Shown in pieces: positions 25,703 through 38,120 of a stretch of DNA of 64,000 bases (the stretch's first letter is position 1; each line of letters opens with the position of its first letter). The notes below the pieces were generated by a model. The model ran no database searches. It had not been told where the DNA came from and worked only from the letters and a program-made list of their open reading frames with translations. Origin of the DNA: Octopus sinensis. Its lineage: Eukaryota. Both the position numbers and the translations under genes were made by a program. The stretch covers positions 56,866,464 through 56,930,463 of the forward strand of contig NC_043011.1 in NCBI RefSeq assembly GCF_006345805.1, written 5' to 3'.

Positions 25703-26105
25703 ATATGCCTCTGGCATATTTGAACTTGTAACAAGTTTGTATTTACACACATCACTGCTTAGCACTGTCAGCCTGTATTTTATTAACGGTGAACCATTGA
25801 GTGGCGCCACAACCAGTCATCGAATGGTAATAGAAATATGATATGACAGACCTGTCTCTCGTGTCAGTTTGCAACATCTGCCTTCCTGGCCTCTGTTGCT
25901 GAAGAGGAGATAACCACTCCACAGCGCATGCATCCCACAGTCTGGTCAGGTGGCGCTGTCAGCTGACTCATTCTATTTACATCAATTTGTCTCCGGTGAG
26001 AAATTTTCCCCATCACAAAACACAGTGAATGACTTTCTTCCCAGGTTCAAATATGCCTCTAGCATATTTGAACTGGTAACAGTTTTGTATTTATATACAT
26101 CACTG
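25703..26105 (+). mobile_element. Retrozyme-like unit: 55-bp terminal direct repeats (period 348) enclosing a degenerate type I hammerhead
   Basis: Direct repeats at 25703-25757 and 26051-26105 (49/55 identical), with a hammerhead-like fold at 25880-25954. Confidence 0.65.
25880..25954 (+). ncRNA. Degenerate (probably inactive) type I hammerhead ribozyme
   Basis: Stem I CTGTTG/CCACAG is extended by CCTGGCC/GGTCAGG. Core CTGAAGA at 25899-25905, stem II GGAG-ataacca-CTCC, then ACAGC where GAAAC is expected, palindromic GCATGC, and triplet ATC at 25932-25934. Confidence 0.55.
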
Positions 26106-26302
26106 TTTTTGGAATGGTGAATCTTGAAGCTGATAAATCTATAAACAATTGCATGTATATATTAGGTTTTAAAAAACCATTTGCATAGAATAAATTGAAG
26201 GCTGCCCTTGTTTATTTCTTTGACTGGTTTGAGATTCACCATTTCCAAAAAGAATTATTTCACACTCTCTCAAATGTTTCTAAATTCGTATGATATCAGC
26301 AA

Positions 26303-26600
26303 TCATCATCATCATCATCATCATCATCATTATATAACATCCGTTGTCCATGCTGGCATGGGTTGGACAGTTTGACCTGGGCTGGCAAGCTGGAAAGTTG
26401 CACCAGACTCCAGTCTGATTTGGCATGGTTTTTTACTGTTGAATGCCCTTCCTAACGCCAACCACTCCGAGAGTGTAATGGATGCTTTTACGTGCCACCA
26501 GCACAGATGTCATTTTCCTGACACTGGAGTGTGTTCATGTGCCACCAGCACGGGTGCCAATTTGCGTGATACTGGTATCTGCCACAACTGTGATTTTACT
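26303..26600 (-). mobile_element. RTE-like 3' end / SINE tail with (GAT)n terminus
   Basis: CCATGCTGGCATGGGTTGGAC...GCCCTTCCTAACGCCAACCACTC is shared with copies at about 2312-2407, 16160-16330, 22780-22955, 27590-27810, 29473-29665, 32860-33010 and 60933-61265. Confidence 0.75.
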
Positions 26601-26761
26601 GTATATTGTTGATGCTATACGAATTTAGAAACTTTGGTAACCATCTTTGATAGGCAATTTCAGCACCACATTTTTTAGTTGCAGTTCAAGCCAGAGTTTT
26701 AGTGGTGAAACACACTGAGTCCTCATAGTACATACTTATTACATCAATTGATGAAAACACC

Positions 26762-26792
<31 letters not shown>

Positions 26793-27554
26793 CATACATA
26801 CATACATACATACATACATACATACATACATGTGCATACACTAACAGTGATGTCATGAAATATTTTCTCTGCTGTTTACCTGTTTCTATTTCTGGTTTAA
26901 TACATTTAAAATTGTCATTGTGTCACCTGGGAGGGGGGGAAACTCACTTTTGAGCTTCACACACAAACTTATATATATAAAAAAAAAAGAAGTAAAAATC
27001 AATACAATAGATCCATAAAACCCATTTGTGTGAAAATCTAAATGTTCAATAATCAAGTTGGAACTTTATTTTAACCTTGGAAAATTCTTAAATTAGCTTT
27101 TGCATAATATTTCACCTTTCTTAATGAAAATCTTAGACAATACTCCACTGCCATGGGATTCTCCCCCCACACCCACAACCCAATACATTTCAACTATTGC
27201 AGTAATCAGTTACAATATATATTTTTTTAAATATTTTTTTCTCTTTCAGCTTTTTTATCCCTCTTCATTTATTTTTGGTCTCAAAGAGCTGTACTCATCT
27301 TTTTTTTTTTGTTGACCAATTATATTGCAACTTACTCTTTTCAACATGATCTAAAACTAAAATTTCCTTTGTAATGAATATTTCTGGAATTCTTAAGCAC
27401 TCGTTTTACCTTGTATTTACTAAACACCGCCACCACCACCACGTGCACTCATCACCTATATTCTTATTTCTATCAAACTTTGTTTGTTTTTTTAATTTAT
27501 TTTACTATTATACTACATGACTCCAACCCAAAAGAAACTGAAAAAATTTATTTC

Positions 27555-27588
<34 letters not shown>

Positions 27589-28681
27589 CATCGTCTAACA
27601 TCCATTTTCCATGCTAGCATGGGTTGGACGGTTTGACCGGGGTCTGGGAAGCCAGGAGGCTGCACCAGGCTCCAGTCTGATCTGGCAGTGTTTCTACAGC
27701 TGGATGCCCTTCCTAATGCCAACCACTCCATGAGTGTAGTTGGTGCTTTTTACGTGCCGCCAGCACAGGGGCCAGAAGAGGCTGGCAACAGCCACGATCG
27801 GTTGGTGCTTTATAATAATAATAATCTTTTGTACTCTAGGCATAAGGCCCAAAATTTTTGGGGAGGGGGCCAGTCGATTAGATCAACCTCAGTACACAAC
27901 TGTTAATTTATCAACCCCGAAAGGATGAAAGGCAAAGTTGACTCGGGTGGAATAATGATAATAATAATAGTTATTATTATTATTATTATTAATTTTTTAT
28001 CATGTGGGTTTGTTAGATACATTTTTTGCACTTATTTTCTGAAGCTGTTGAAAGTTGTTGTTATTGGTGTTTTTGCTTCTCTTCTGAAAATTTGCATTTA
28101 TTTGCATAATAATTGTTAAAACAAGTATTTAAAAACAAAAAAAACATCTAGATGCCCTTACTGACAATAACAGTCAACTATGAAATAAATAAAAAAAAAT
28201 GAATATATTTCATCTTAACAACCCTTGGCTATTTAATACTTAGCAACATAACTCTATGGGCTGCTAAGCCTGCTAGAAATAGCAACCAAATCTTGCTCCA
28301 TACATCTTATTGTCTTTAAAAAAGAAAAGGTAATAGTCTTACTCGTGCAAAGGTCACCTCAGTGCCCTTCCTTCTTTGAATAAACTTCAAAAAATATACA
28401 TAAAGAGAAAGATATATATACATATAAAAGACAAGATGTTTGAAGATAAAACAATTGGCTTTGATTACGTTAGGTCGGAAGTGAGTGGAAATTTAACCAA
28501 TGATAACAACTTAATGCTTGGCTTCGTTTTATGACTTCTCCTGTAATGTTCCAACTCCTTTACTTCACAGCTTCAGTTGCTTTTATATGAATATAATAAT
28601 TATTATGACTACAACGGAGTGGGGTGGGGTGGTGGCTGGTTGGCAGACAAAATGGCTGACAGTGTTTATATTCATTTAGAC

Positions 28682-28920
28682 TTGTGGTTCTCAGCCAGGG
28701 TCCATAAGGCCCTTGGTGGGGGTCCATGTAAGATTTTGTTGTTGAAATTTATGTGCAAGAAATTGGTTATACTTCAAGTATTTTTTAAACGCAATTCTTA
28801 ATAATATTTAATTATTAAAATATAATAGAAGGTTTTTAAACACCAAATGGCTATTAGGGTCCACTTAAGTAAAGTTGGAACCAAAATGGTCACTAGGTAA
28901 AAAATGGTTGGAAACCACTA
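28682..28920. mobile_element. hAT-like MITE
   Basis: Ends TTGTGGTTCTCAGCC / GGTTGGAAACCACTA, with flanks ATTTAGAC / GTTTAGGT (5/8). An inverted partial relative lies at about 49070-49294, ending GTTGAGAACCACTG. Confidence 0.65.
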
Positions 28921-30424
28921 GTTTAGGTCCTGAGTTCAAATCCTACCACGGTTGACTTTGTCTTTCATTCTACCAGAGGCTGATGAAACGAAGGTTAAGA
29001 AGAAAATTGCTTTGTGACTGCATGGTTTCGGGTTCAATCCCACTGTATGGCACCTTGGGCAAGTGTCTTCTACTATAGACCCAAGCAGACCAATACCTTC
29101 TGAGTGAATTTGATAGATGGAAACTGTGTGGAAGCTCACTATATATGTAAATCTATGTGTGTGTATATATATGTATGTATATGTGTTTGTGTTTGTGTAT
29201 GTCCACCTCCACTGCTTGACCACAAGTATTGGATTGTTTATGTCCCCATAACTTAGCAGATGAACAAAAGAGACTGATAGAATAAGTTTTAGATTTAAAT
29301 GACTTTGTTGTTTATTGATTATAAATAAACCTGAAATTTCAGAAGAAAATTTTTAATTGCCATCACTTTCGAACAGCAAGTTTGTATCTCCAAACCAGGG
29401 ACAGTAAGGGGTCAAAGAGTTAATCACTGTACACTTCCTTCCAAATATCTCGTTTTCTGCATACTTTACGAATCATCATCATCATCATCATTTAATGTCT
29501 GTTTTTCATGCTGGCATGGTTGGACGGTCTGACAGGAAATGGCCAGGCAGGAACCTGCACCAGACTCCCTTTGTTCTGGCTTGGTTTCTACAGCTGGATG
29601 TCCTTCCTAATGCCAACCACTTTACAGAATGGACTGGGTGCTCTTTTTTATGTGGCACCAGCATCTTACTGAGGTCAACTGGCCCTTTCATCCTTTTCAG
29701 TTCAATAAACTAGATTCCAGTCAAGAACTGGAGTCCATATATTTGATTATTCTCCTCACTGCAAACTTCCTGGCCTTCTGCCATTGAAAGAAAAAATTAT
29801 AATAATTACATATGTTGTTAGAACCGTAGAAGAGTGTAATCTATTGCTGTAATACCGAATGAGGAGGGGGAGAGGGCAGAAGGAGTTGTGTTGAGAACAA
29901 AATGCCTTGCAGTGTTTTATTACAAATCTTTACATTCTGAGTTCAAAACCCGCTGGGGCTGACTTTACGTCTCAGCCTTCCAGGGGTCATTATAACAATC
30001 AGTGCTAATTTGATTCATGAATTGAGAATAATGAGATCCATTTTCAATATTTTTTTTATTTATTTATTTATTTTATTTTATTTTATTTTATTTTTTGTGG
30101 TTTCCAGCAAGATTTTAATTCATACATTTCTGGTCAGCAGTCAAATATAGCAAACGTTGGTTCCAAGATGCCTTTCGGCAATTTCAGTTCGTTTGAAAAT
30201 TCTTGGTGGTGGTATTATTGGCATTATTGCTGTTGTTGTCGTCATCACCATCACCACCACCACTACATCAATACCACCACCACTATGTTATTACCATTAT
30301 CATCATCATCACCATCATCTTTATCATTCTTTTCTATTTTTCTTTATTATTGATAAAATTTGGACCAATAACAATAGAATTAACTCATTTAAATATACGT
30401 TTCTCCCAACATACTTCTAAAAAA

Positions 30425-30477
<53 letters not shown>

Positions 30478-30690
30478 GGGCAGCCGGCTGGCAGAACCAG
30501 CAGCACATCGGGCTGCAATGCTTAGTGGCATTTTGTCTGTCATAAAGACATTCTGAGTTCAAATTCAACCAAGGTCGACCTAGCCTTTTACCCTTTCAGG
30601 ATTGATAAAATAAGTACCAGCTGTTTGCTGGGGGGAGGGGGGGTCAGTGTCATTGATTTACACCTTCCCCTGAACTTGTTGGCCTTGTGA
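30478..30690 (+). mobile_element. Meta-domain-like SINE
   Basis: GGCTGGCAGAA...TTCTGAGTTCAAAT...CCTTTCAGGATTGATAAAATAAGTACCAG, following an (ATT)n run. Confidence 0.7.
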
Positions 30691-30977
30691 AAGGAGTGAT
30701 AAGTGAAGGCCAAGGTCAAAGTATTACATGCACACACACACACACACAAAATGTTATTTTAGTCATACAAATTGTATTTATTGCTATATTGCTTGGTGTT
30801 TAAGAAGTTTGCTTTCTAACCATATGGTTTGGGGTTCAGTCCTATCACATGGCACCTAAGCTTTGTAACAGGTTTCATAATTGAAAACTGAAAGAAGCTT
30901 TTCATATATGTGTGTGTGGGTCTATTCACTCTGTACTTAGAACAAATTTCCCATATGGATTCACACACACACTTTCG

Positions 30978-31127
30978 TGAGTGGCTGTGTGGTAAGTAGC
31001 TTGCTTACCAACCACATGGTTCCGGGTTCAGTCCCACTGCGTGGCACTTTGGGCGTCTTCTACTATAGCTTTGGACCAACCAAAGCCTTGTGAGTGGATT
31101 TAGTAGATGGAAACTGAAAGAAGCCTG

Positions 31128-31161
<34 letters not shown>

Positions 31162-31605
31162 AATCAAATCAAATCAAAACAAATCAAAATAGATGAACAT
31201 CAATGGAATTTGTATCTTTGTGGTACCAGTGCCGGTGGCACACAAGAAGACCATCCGAACGTGGCCGTAGCCAGTACCGCATCGACTGGCCTCCGTGCTG
31301 TGGGCACGTAACAAACACCATCCGATCGTGGCCGTTCGCCAGCCTCATCTGGCACCTGTGTCGGTGGCACATAAAAACACCATCCGAGCGTGGCCGTCTG
31401 CCAGCCTCGTCTGGCACCTATGTCGGTGGCACATAAAATCACCCACTACACTCTCGGAGTGGTTGGCGTTAGGAAGGGCATCCAGGTGTAGAAACACTGC
31501 CAGATCTGACTGGCCTGGTGCAGCCTTCGGGCTCCCCAGACCCCAGTTGAACCGTCCAACCCATGCTAGCATGGAAAGCGGACGTTAGATGATGATGATG
31601 ATGAT

Positions 31606-31642
<37 letters not shown>

Positions 31643-32088
31643 CAAATCAAATCAAATCAAAACAAATCAAAATAGATGAACATCAATGGAATTTGTATCT
31701 TTGTGGTACCAGTGCCGGTGGCACACAAGAAGACCATCCGAACGTGGCCGTAGCCAGTACCGCATCGACTGGCCTCCGTGCTGTGGGCACGTAACAAACA
31801 CCATCCGATCGTGGCCGTTCGCCAGCCTCATCTGGCACCTGTGTCGGTGGCACATAAAAACACCATCCGAGCGTGGCCGTCTGCCAGCCTCGTCTGGCAC
31901 CTATGTCGGTGGCACATAAAATCACCCACTACACTCTCGGAGTGGTTGGCGTTAGGAAGGGCATCCAGGTGTAGAAACACTGCCAGATCTGACTGGCCTG
32001 GTGCAGCCTTCGGGCTCCCCAGACCCCAGTTGAACCGTCCAACCCATGCTAGCATGGAAAGCGGACGTTAGATGATGATGATGATGAT

Positions 32089-32125
<37 letters not shown>

Positions 32126-32567
32126 CAAATCAAATCAAATCAAAACAAATCAAAATAGATGAACATCAATGGAATTTGTATCTTTGTGGTACCAGTGCCG
32201 GTGGCACACAAGAAGACCATCCGAACGTGGCCGTAGCCAGTACCGCATCGACTGGCCTCCGTGCTGTGGGCACGTAACAAACACCATCCGATCGTGGCCG
32301 TTCGCCAGCCTCATCTGGCACCTGTGTCGGTGGCACATAAAAACACCATCCGAGCGTGGCCGTCTGCCAGCCTCGTCTGGCACCTATGTCGGTGGCACAT
32401 AAAATCACCCACTACACTCTCGGAGTGGTTGGCGTTAGGAAGGGCATCCAGGTGTAGAAACACTGCCAGATCTGACTGGCCTGGTGCAGCCTTCGGGCTC
32501 CCCAGACCCCAGTTGAACCGTCCAACCCATGCTAGCATGGAAAGCGGACGTTAGATGATGATGATGA

Positions 32568-32626
<59 letters not shown>

Positions 32627-32850
32627 CTGTGTGTGTGTGTGTGTATGTATTTGTGTGTCTGTTTGTCCCCCACCATCGCTTGACAACCAATGTTGGTGTG
32701 TTTATGTCCCCCATAACTGGGCAGTTTGGTAAAAGAGACCAATAGAATAAGTACTAGGCTTACAAAGAACAAGTCCTGAGTTGATTTGTTCAACTAAAGG
32801 CAGCGCTCCAGCATGGCCACAGTCAAATGACTGAAAAACATAAAAGATTA
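30978..32850 (+). mobile_element. CORE-like SINE split by a nested 3 x 483-bp array
   Basis: Head and core at 30978-31130 and tail at about 32627-32850 flank the array. Confidence 0.8.
31158..32571 (+). repeat. Three identical tandem copies (period 483) of a GC/CpG-rich (GAT)n-tailed retroelement segment
   Basis: Equivalent positions are 31160, 31643 and 32126, and the ORF-track translations are identical at 483-bp offsets. Each unit has internal sub-repeats of about 60 bp (GGCAC...CCATCCGA..GTGGCCG...GCCAG). Confidence 0.95.
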
Positions 32851-34445
32851 CTTACATATCATCATCACCATTTAACATCTGCTTTCCATGCTGGCATGGG
32901 TTAGTGGAGTTCGACTGAAACTACCAAGCCAGAGAGCTGCACCGAGTTTCAGTTTAGTTTGGCATGATTTCTACAACTGGGTGCCCTTCCTAATGCCAAC
33001 CACTCTGAGAATATATACACACACACACATCCAAGGGTTTGCAACCATAGATTTACAATATAGAATGGTGCCTGGATTGATAATACCTCACTAATAACTC
33101 TGTTGTATATATACACACATATATCTATATGTGTGTGTGTGTGTATGTATATGGTGGAAGTCAACGTCTGACTGAGTAAGGCCACTTCTTAGAATCAAGA
33201 GTCCAAGAGGTTGCTGTTTTGAATGGATAGTGTTACACAGTACTGGATCCACTTTCCAGTAAGGTCAGCTCTAAAACCCGTGGCACAACTGAGGTTGAAA
33301 TGACCAGAAACTAGCTTCACTTCAGAATTTGTTATGTGAGTTTACCTTTCTCATAGAAGGAAGTTCTAACAAGAACTAGGGACCATTCACTGCCAGTTGT
33401 CTGTCTCCTGGTTAACTCTTAGATGGGACACTGATAGGTGTCACTACACCATGTTGCAGAAGACCTGAGAACAAATAGTGGCTAAGAAGTGGTTCCATGC
33501 TCCTCAAAACTCTGCAACTCCTGAACCAAGGCCCCACTACCAGATATAATTTAAAGTCGTACATGTACATACATACATATATTTATATACATATTACTTT
33601 TGATGTCTTTTTCCTCTTCTTCAGCATTTAGATAAGTTTGTTTCATCCATCCGTACATGTTTTTGTAACCCTTTTGTACTTGTCTTCTTTTGGATATAGG
33701 AAAGACCCCTGCGGAAATAAGAGTGAAATTATTATTGTTGTTGTTATTGTTGTTGCGTCTTACTGTGATGTCTTTTATGGGTTCTGATAATTTTGGATAT
33801 TTTAGAAGTTCAAAGTGAATGAAAAATTTTTTTCTTCATTCGGATTATTTACAAACAAGACATTTTGAACACTTTTGGATTTTTATTTCATACTGAAATA
33901 AACAAACAAACTAAAAAAAAAGGTTTGTTTTTCAACAATTTTTTGTTTCATTTTGGAGATATCTTTTTATTATTTTGCACTACAAACTTGGTGGCTGTAA
34001 TATTGGTATCCACCCCCAACAAATAGACAAACAATGTTGTTATTCAGCCAAAAAAAAAAAAAAAGGAAAGAAAAATGGAAAGAATTGCCTCAGACAAAAG
34101 GATGTAAGTAGACTTTAATTCGACAAAGAGAAAAACATGATTTTTTAAGAGAAATCTGAATGTTTTGAATAACATGGCTAACAAGAACAGCTACAACAAC
34201 ATTAATGTTCATAGTTTGCCAGCAAAAGTTTCAAAAGCATTAATGACATAATATATAAGGTCAGTTTTGCCTGCATAGCGAGTCAAAGGGAAGCCTTGGA
34301 TATGGAGAATTTCTTTAAAGGAAAGAATTTTTCCAGTTTCTTTGGTATTGACTCTATTATCATAGGGAATTGCAGAATCTTACACCGTTTGTGTATTTTG
34401 TCGTTGTTGTTGTTGTTATTATTGTTCTTCTTCTTATTATTATTA

Positions 34446-34915
34446 AGATGGTGAGCTAGCAGAATCGTTAGCCTTCCAGGCAAAATGCTTAGCAGCATTT
34501 CATCCATCTTTACATTCTGCATCAAAACTGCCAACGCCAACTTCTCCTTTCATCCTTTCAGAGTTGATAAAGTGATTACCAGTTGAGCACTGGGGTCGAT
34601 ATGATTGACTTACCCCCTCCCCAAAACCTGCTGGCCTTGTGCCAAAATTTGAAACCATCATCATCATCATTATTATTATTATTATTATTATTATTAAGGT
34701 GGTGAGCTGGCAGAGTCATCAGCATGCCGGGCGAAATGCTTAGCAGTATTTCGTTCATCTTTATGTTCTGAGTTCAAATTCCACTGAGACCATCCTTACC
34801 TTTCATTCTTTTTGAGGTTGATAAATTAAGAACCAGTTGATGTAATCAACTAGCCCCCTTCCCCAAAATTTCGGGCCTTGTGCCTCCACTAGAAAGAATT
34901 ATTATTATTATTATT
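34446..34915 (+). mobile_element. Head-to-tail dimer of Meta-domain-like SINE
   Basis: Two copies start AAG(A/G)TGGTGAGCT(A/G)GCAGA at about 34446 and 34696, joined by (ATC)n(ATT)n. Confidence 0.85.
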
Positions 34916-37873
34916 GAATCTCTCAATATTTTCCTTAACGCTGTATCCCTGCACGAGTAGCTCATGTTCCATAGTTCATCTCCATCTCTGTAATGGCTTA
35001 TTGCTCCTCTTCTCTTCTAATTGTGTAAAAAGCACCTTGTGTATATTAGCATTTGGATGACATAATCCAAATGTGGTTGGTGTTGTTGTTGTTGTTTCTG
35101 TCTCCCTTTTTCCCCCTCAAATCCCATTAATCTTCAACTTTCTCACACTGAAACTGTTATGCCACTGCAGCAACATCCAGAAAGTTGACAGCTTCAACCG
35201 TATTTTTAGCATTCGTTTCACTCTGGAATCATTTCAAGCTTCCACTTTATTCTTTGGGGGATTTTTTTTAATTTCCTTTTGATATGTTGTAGCTGTTTCT
35301 TCTTCTTCTTCTTCTTCTTCTTCTTCTTCTCTTTTCTTCTCCTCCTCCTTCTTCTTCTTCTCCCCCCTCCTCCTCCAGGTGAATGACTACCTGTACCTCT
35401 GACTTTTGTCTACAGTAGCAGTTGCAGTGGAGGTCTGCAGTGCTTACCTTGTTACAGACTGGGGCTCAGAACATCAGCTGGAAAAAAAAAAAAAAAGACA
35501 GAGATTGATTCTGTTATCTCACAAATTGTTAGAACCATTTGACCTGCTAGAAATAACAGCCAACTCTCATTCAAATCACATCATACTATTTCAATTAGAT
35601 TCTTTTTTTTAATTATGAAGATATATGAAAATAACTTTGTCCTTATTTAAGCTGATCTTTCCTTTATGTTCTGAGTTCAAATTTCGCAGAAGTTGACTTT
35701 GCCTTTCATCCTTTCAGGGTCAATTAAATAAGTACCAGTTACGCACTGGGGTTGATATAATCGACTTAATCCGTTTGCCTGTCCTTGTTTGTCCTCCCTG
35801 TGTTTAGAAATAAGTATGAGATAGTGCAGGATTAGTTCGAAACAATGTGAATAAATAAGCATTAAATTTGGTAGAATAATCAGATTAATAAATGGTGAAA
35901 ATATCAGGCCAACACATTAGGCAATGTCCAATGTTCACAGTGTTTATAACTGGAATGCATTTGACCACAGGCCTGCTGGGTGATCAGGGCTGACCTGGGC
36001 TTGGACAACAACTTATCTGTTTGCTCTTTTCCTTCCACTGTTTTTACTTATGGTATTCTTCCTCTTTCCTTGGAATGAGACAGTTGGGTGTGGCTGTTTG
36101 GACGTGGATGATTTGGCATGGCTGGCTGGCTGGACATTCAGCCTGGTATTTTTTGGCGCTGGAGGCAACAAGATTGACATAAACACTTTCTCTCTCTTCA
36201 TTCAGAGAATACTGACACAGAAAGAGAGAGAGGGAGGGAAAGAGATAGTGGGAGGGAGAGAGAGAGAGAGAGAGTGAGGGACAGCATGGACATAGTTCAA
36301 TGACTGAAACATGTAAAAGATAAAAGGGTGAATCGGTCCTTTTGTACCTTCTTCTTTCTTGCAGTTCTCTTGTTGTCACTAAGTGTCTAAGGCATCACCA
36401 TCTTATCTGAAGTTCAGTGAATTTGGCTTCTTGCTACCCTCTTGCGTCATTGAGAAGTCTTCTGGTGGTTTCTTTCTTCTGTAAAAGACTTCAGCATTTG
36501 TTATTCTATCTGTATTTGGTAAATCTTCATTATTTGTCTAAACAATCGCATCTGTGTAGCATTGATAAGGTTTTTGCACTCATTTGTTGCTGTTCCAACT
36601 CACACCACAGCAGCAGCTGCCGTGTGTGTGTGTGTGTAATGCTATCTCTTTTACTTACTGGCTTGGTTTTGCCTCATTAGAAAGTGCTTCTGGTATATCT
36701 TTAAATCTCCAATTTCTCTGGCAGTGTTAAAGCTATACGGTTTCTATAGATTGGTTAAATTCTTTCCCAACTCTAATTCCCAGCCATCATTACGCTTTAC
36801 AGCTCTCTGCAGTAAGCAGCATCACTCGCTTATTTTGGCTTTCACAACATTCATAGCAACTTCCTGGAGAGTCAAAGTCTGAATTGTAATGGTGACAATG
36901 TCTCTGCTCTATTCTGCTTTGAAACTGAACTGTTTTGTGCCTTATTTAGCATTTTATCCCAGAAATGTTGTAACCCCCCAACTGAACAAACTTATGATCC
37001 AAGGCCAAGCCTTCCAACCTTGATCATTCTGTCTTCTTTTTTCATTGCTTCGTATACCAGGGACTACATTATCCAATGTCTTCTATTCCTAGAAGTGTGT
37101 GATTTAAGGGTGTATTGGTTGCTATTTCTAGCAGGCTGACATAGCTTACACAGAGGCTTGATTACCTCAATGCTCTTAGCTGCATTTATACCACACTTTA
37201 TCAGTGTTGTGTTCATTTCATGCTCCATTGAGTTATATATATTAGCTTTCCATGAGATCTTACTAATAAACTGTGATAGATTAAACATTTCTTTTGTTTC
37301 CTGCAACCACCAGTGAGCCTTTGACCTCCCACCACTGAACTATTGACCTCTCACCACTGAACTACTGCCCCCTCTCAATCTCAAACATCTCTGCAACATA
37401 TTTCTTTTACCAAACTGTGTAAGCATCCTTGCACTTATCTCAATAATATTCCTTAATTCTCAGAACATTGATCTTTGCCTGATATTCCAAATAATATCAG
37501 CCAGAAACTCTTTCTTCTCTTTCTTTAGAGATCATTCTTCTTCTTCTTCTTCTCATTTCCTCCTCATTTCGTATCAATTTGTCCCGTTTTCCTGCAAAGG
37601 CAAACAACTGCAGAAATCAACAGGTCAATGACTGCAATTATTTTATTATCATTTGACTGGTTTCATTCTTTAGAACGTGACCATGCTGTGGCACTGCCTT
37701 CAACGATTTTAATCAATAGATATATATTACATGTCATCTTCAGCTGGAAAATATTTCAACATGATTAACTCACTATATTTCTGAGATTATTTATTGATGT
37801 TGCCATTAGAATTTTCCACTCAACCACTTGTATTTTTAGAGATGTAACACTTTTTTCCTTTTTCTGTGAGTAT

Positions 37874-38120
37874 AGGTGCAAGCGTGGTGGTGTGGTAAGA
37901 ACTTTGCTTCCCAACCACATGGTTCTTGGTTCAGTCCCACTGTGTGGAACCTTGGGCAAGAGTCTTCTACTATAGCATTCGGCCAACCAAAGCCCTGTGA
38001 GTGGATTTAGTAGATGGAAATAGAAAGAAACCTGCTGTCTATATGTGTGTGTGTGTGTGTGTATGTGTTTCTTTTTGAGTATCTTTGTGCCTGTGTTGGT
38101 GTGTTTACATCCCCATAACA
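37874..38120 (+). mobile_element. CORE-like SINE, 3'-truncated
   Basis: Head and core match 7784-7950. Confidence 0.8.

Noticed and set aside
31184-32554. Triplicated 75-97-aa ORFs as a small gene cluster
   Set aside because: These are overlapping ORFs on both strands of a GC-rich retroelement segment whose relatives elsewhere in the window do not keep the frames.
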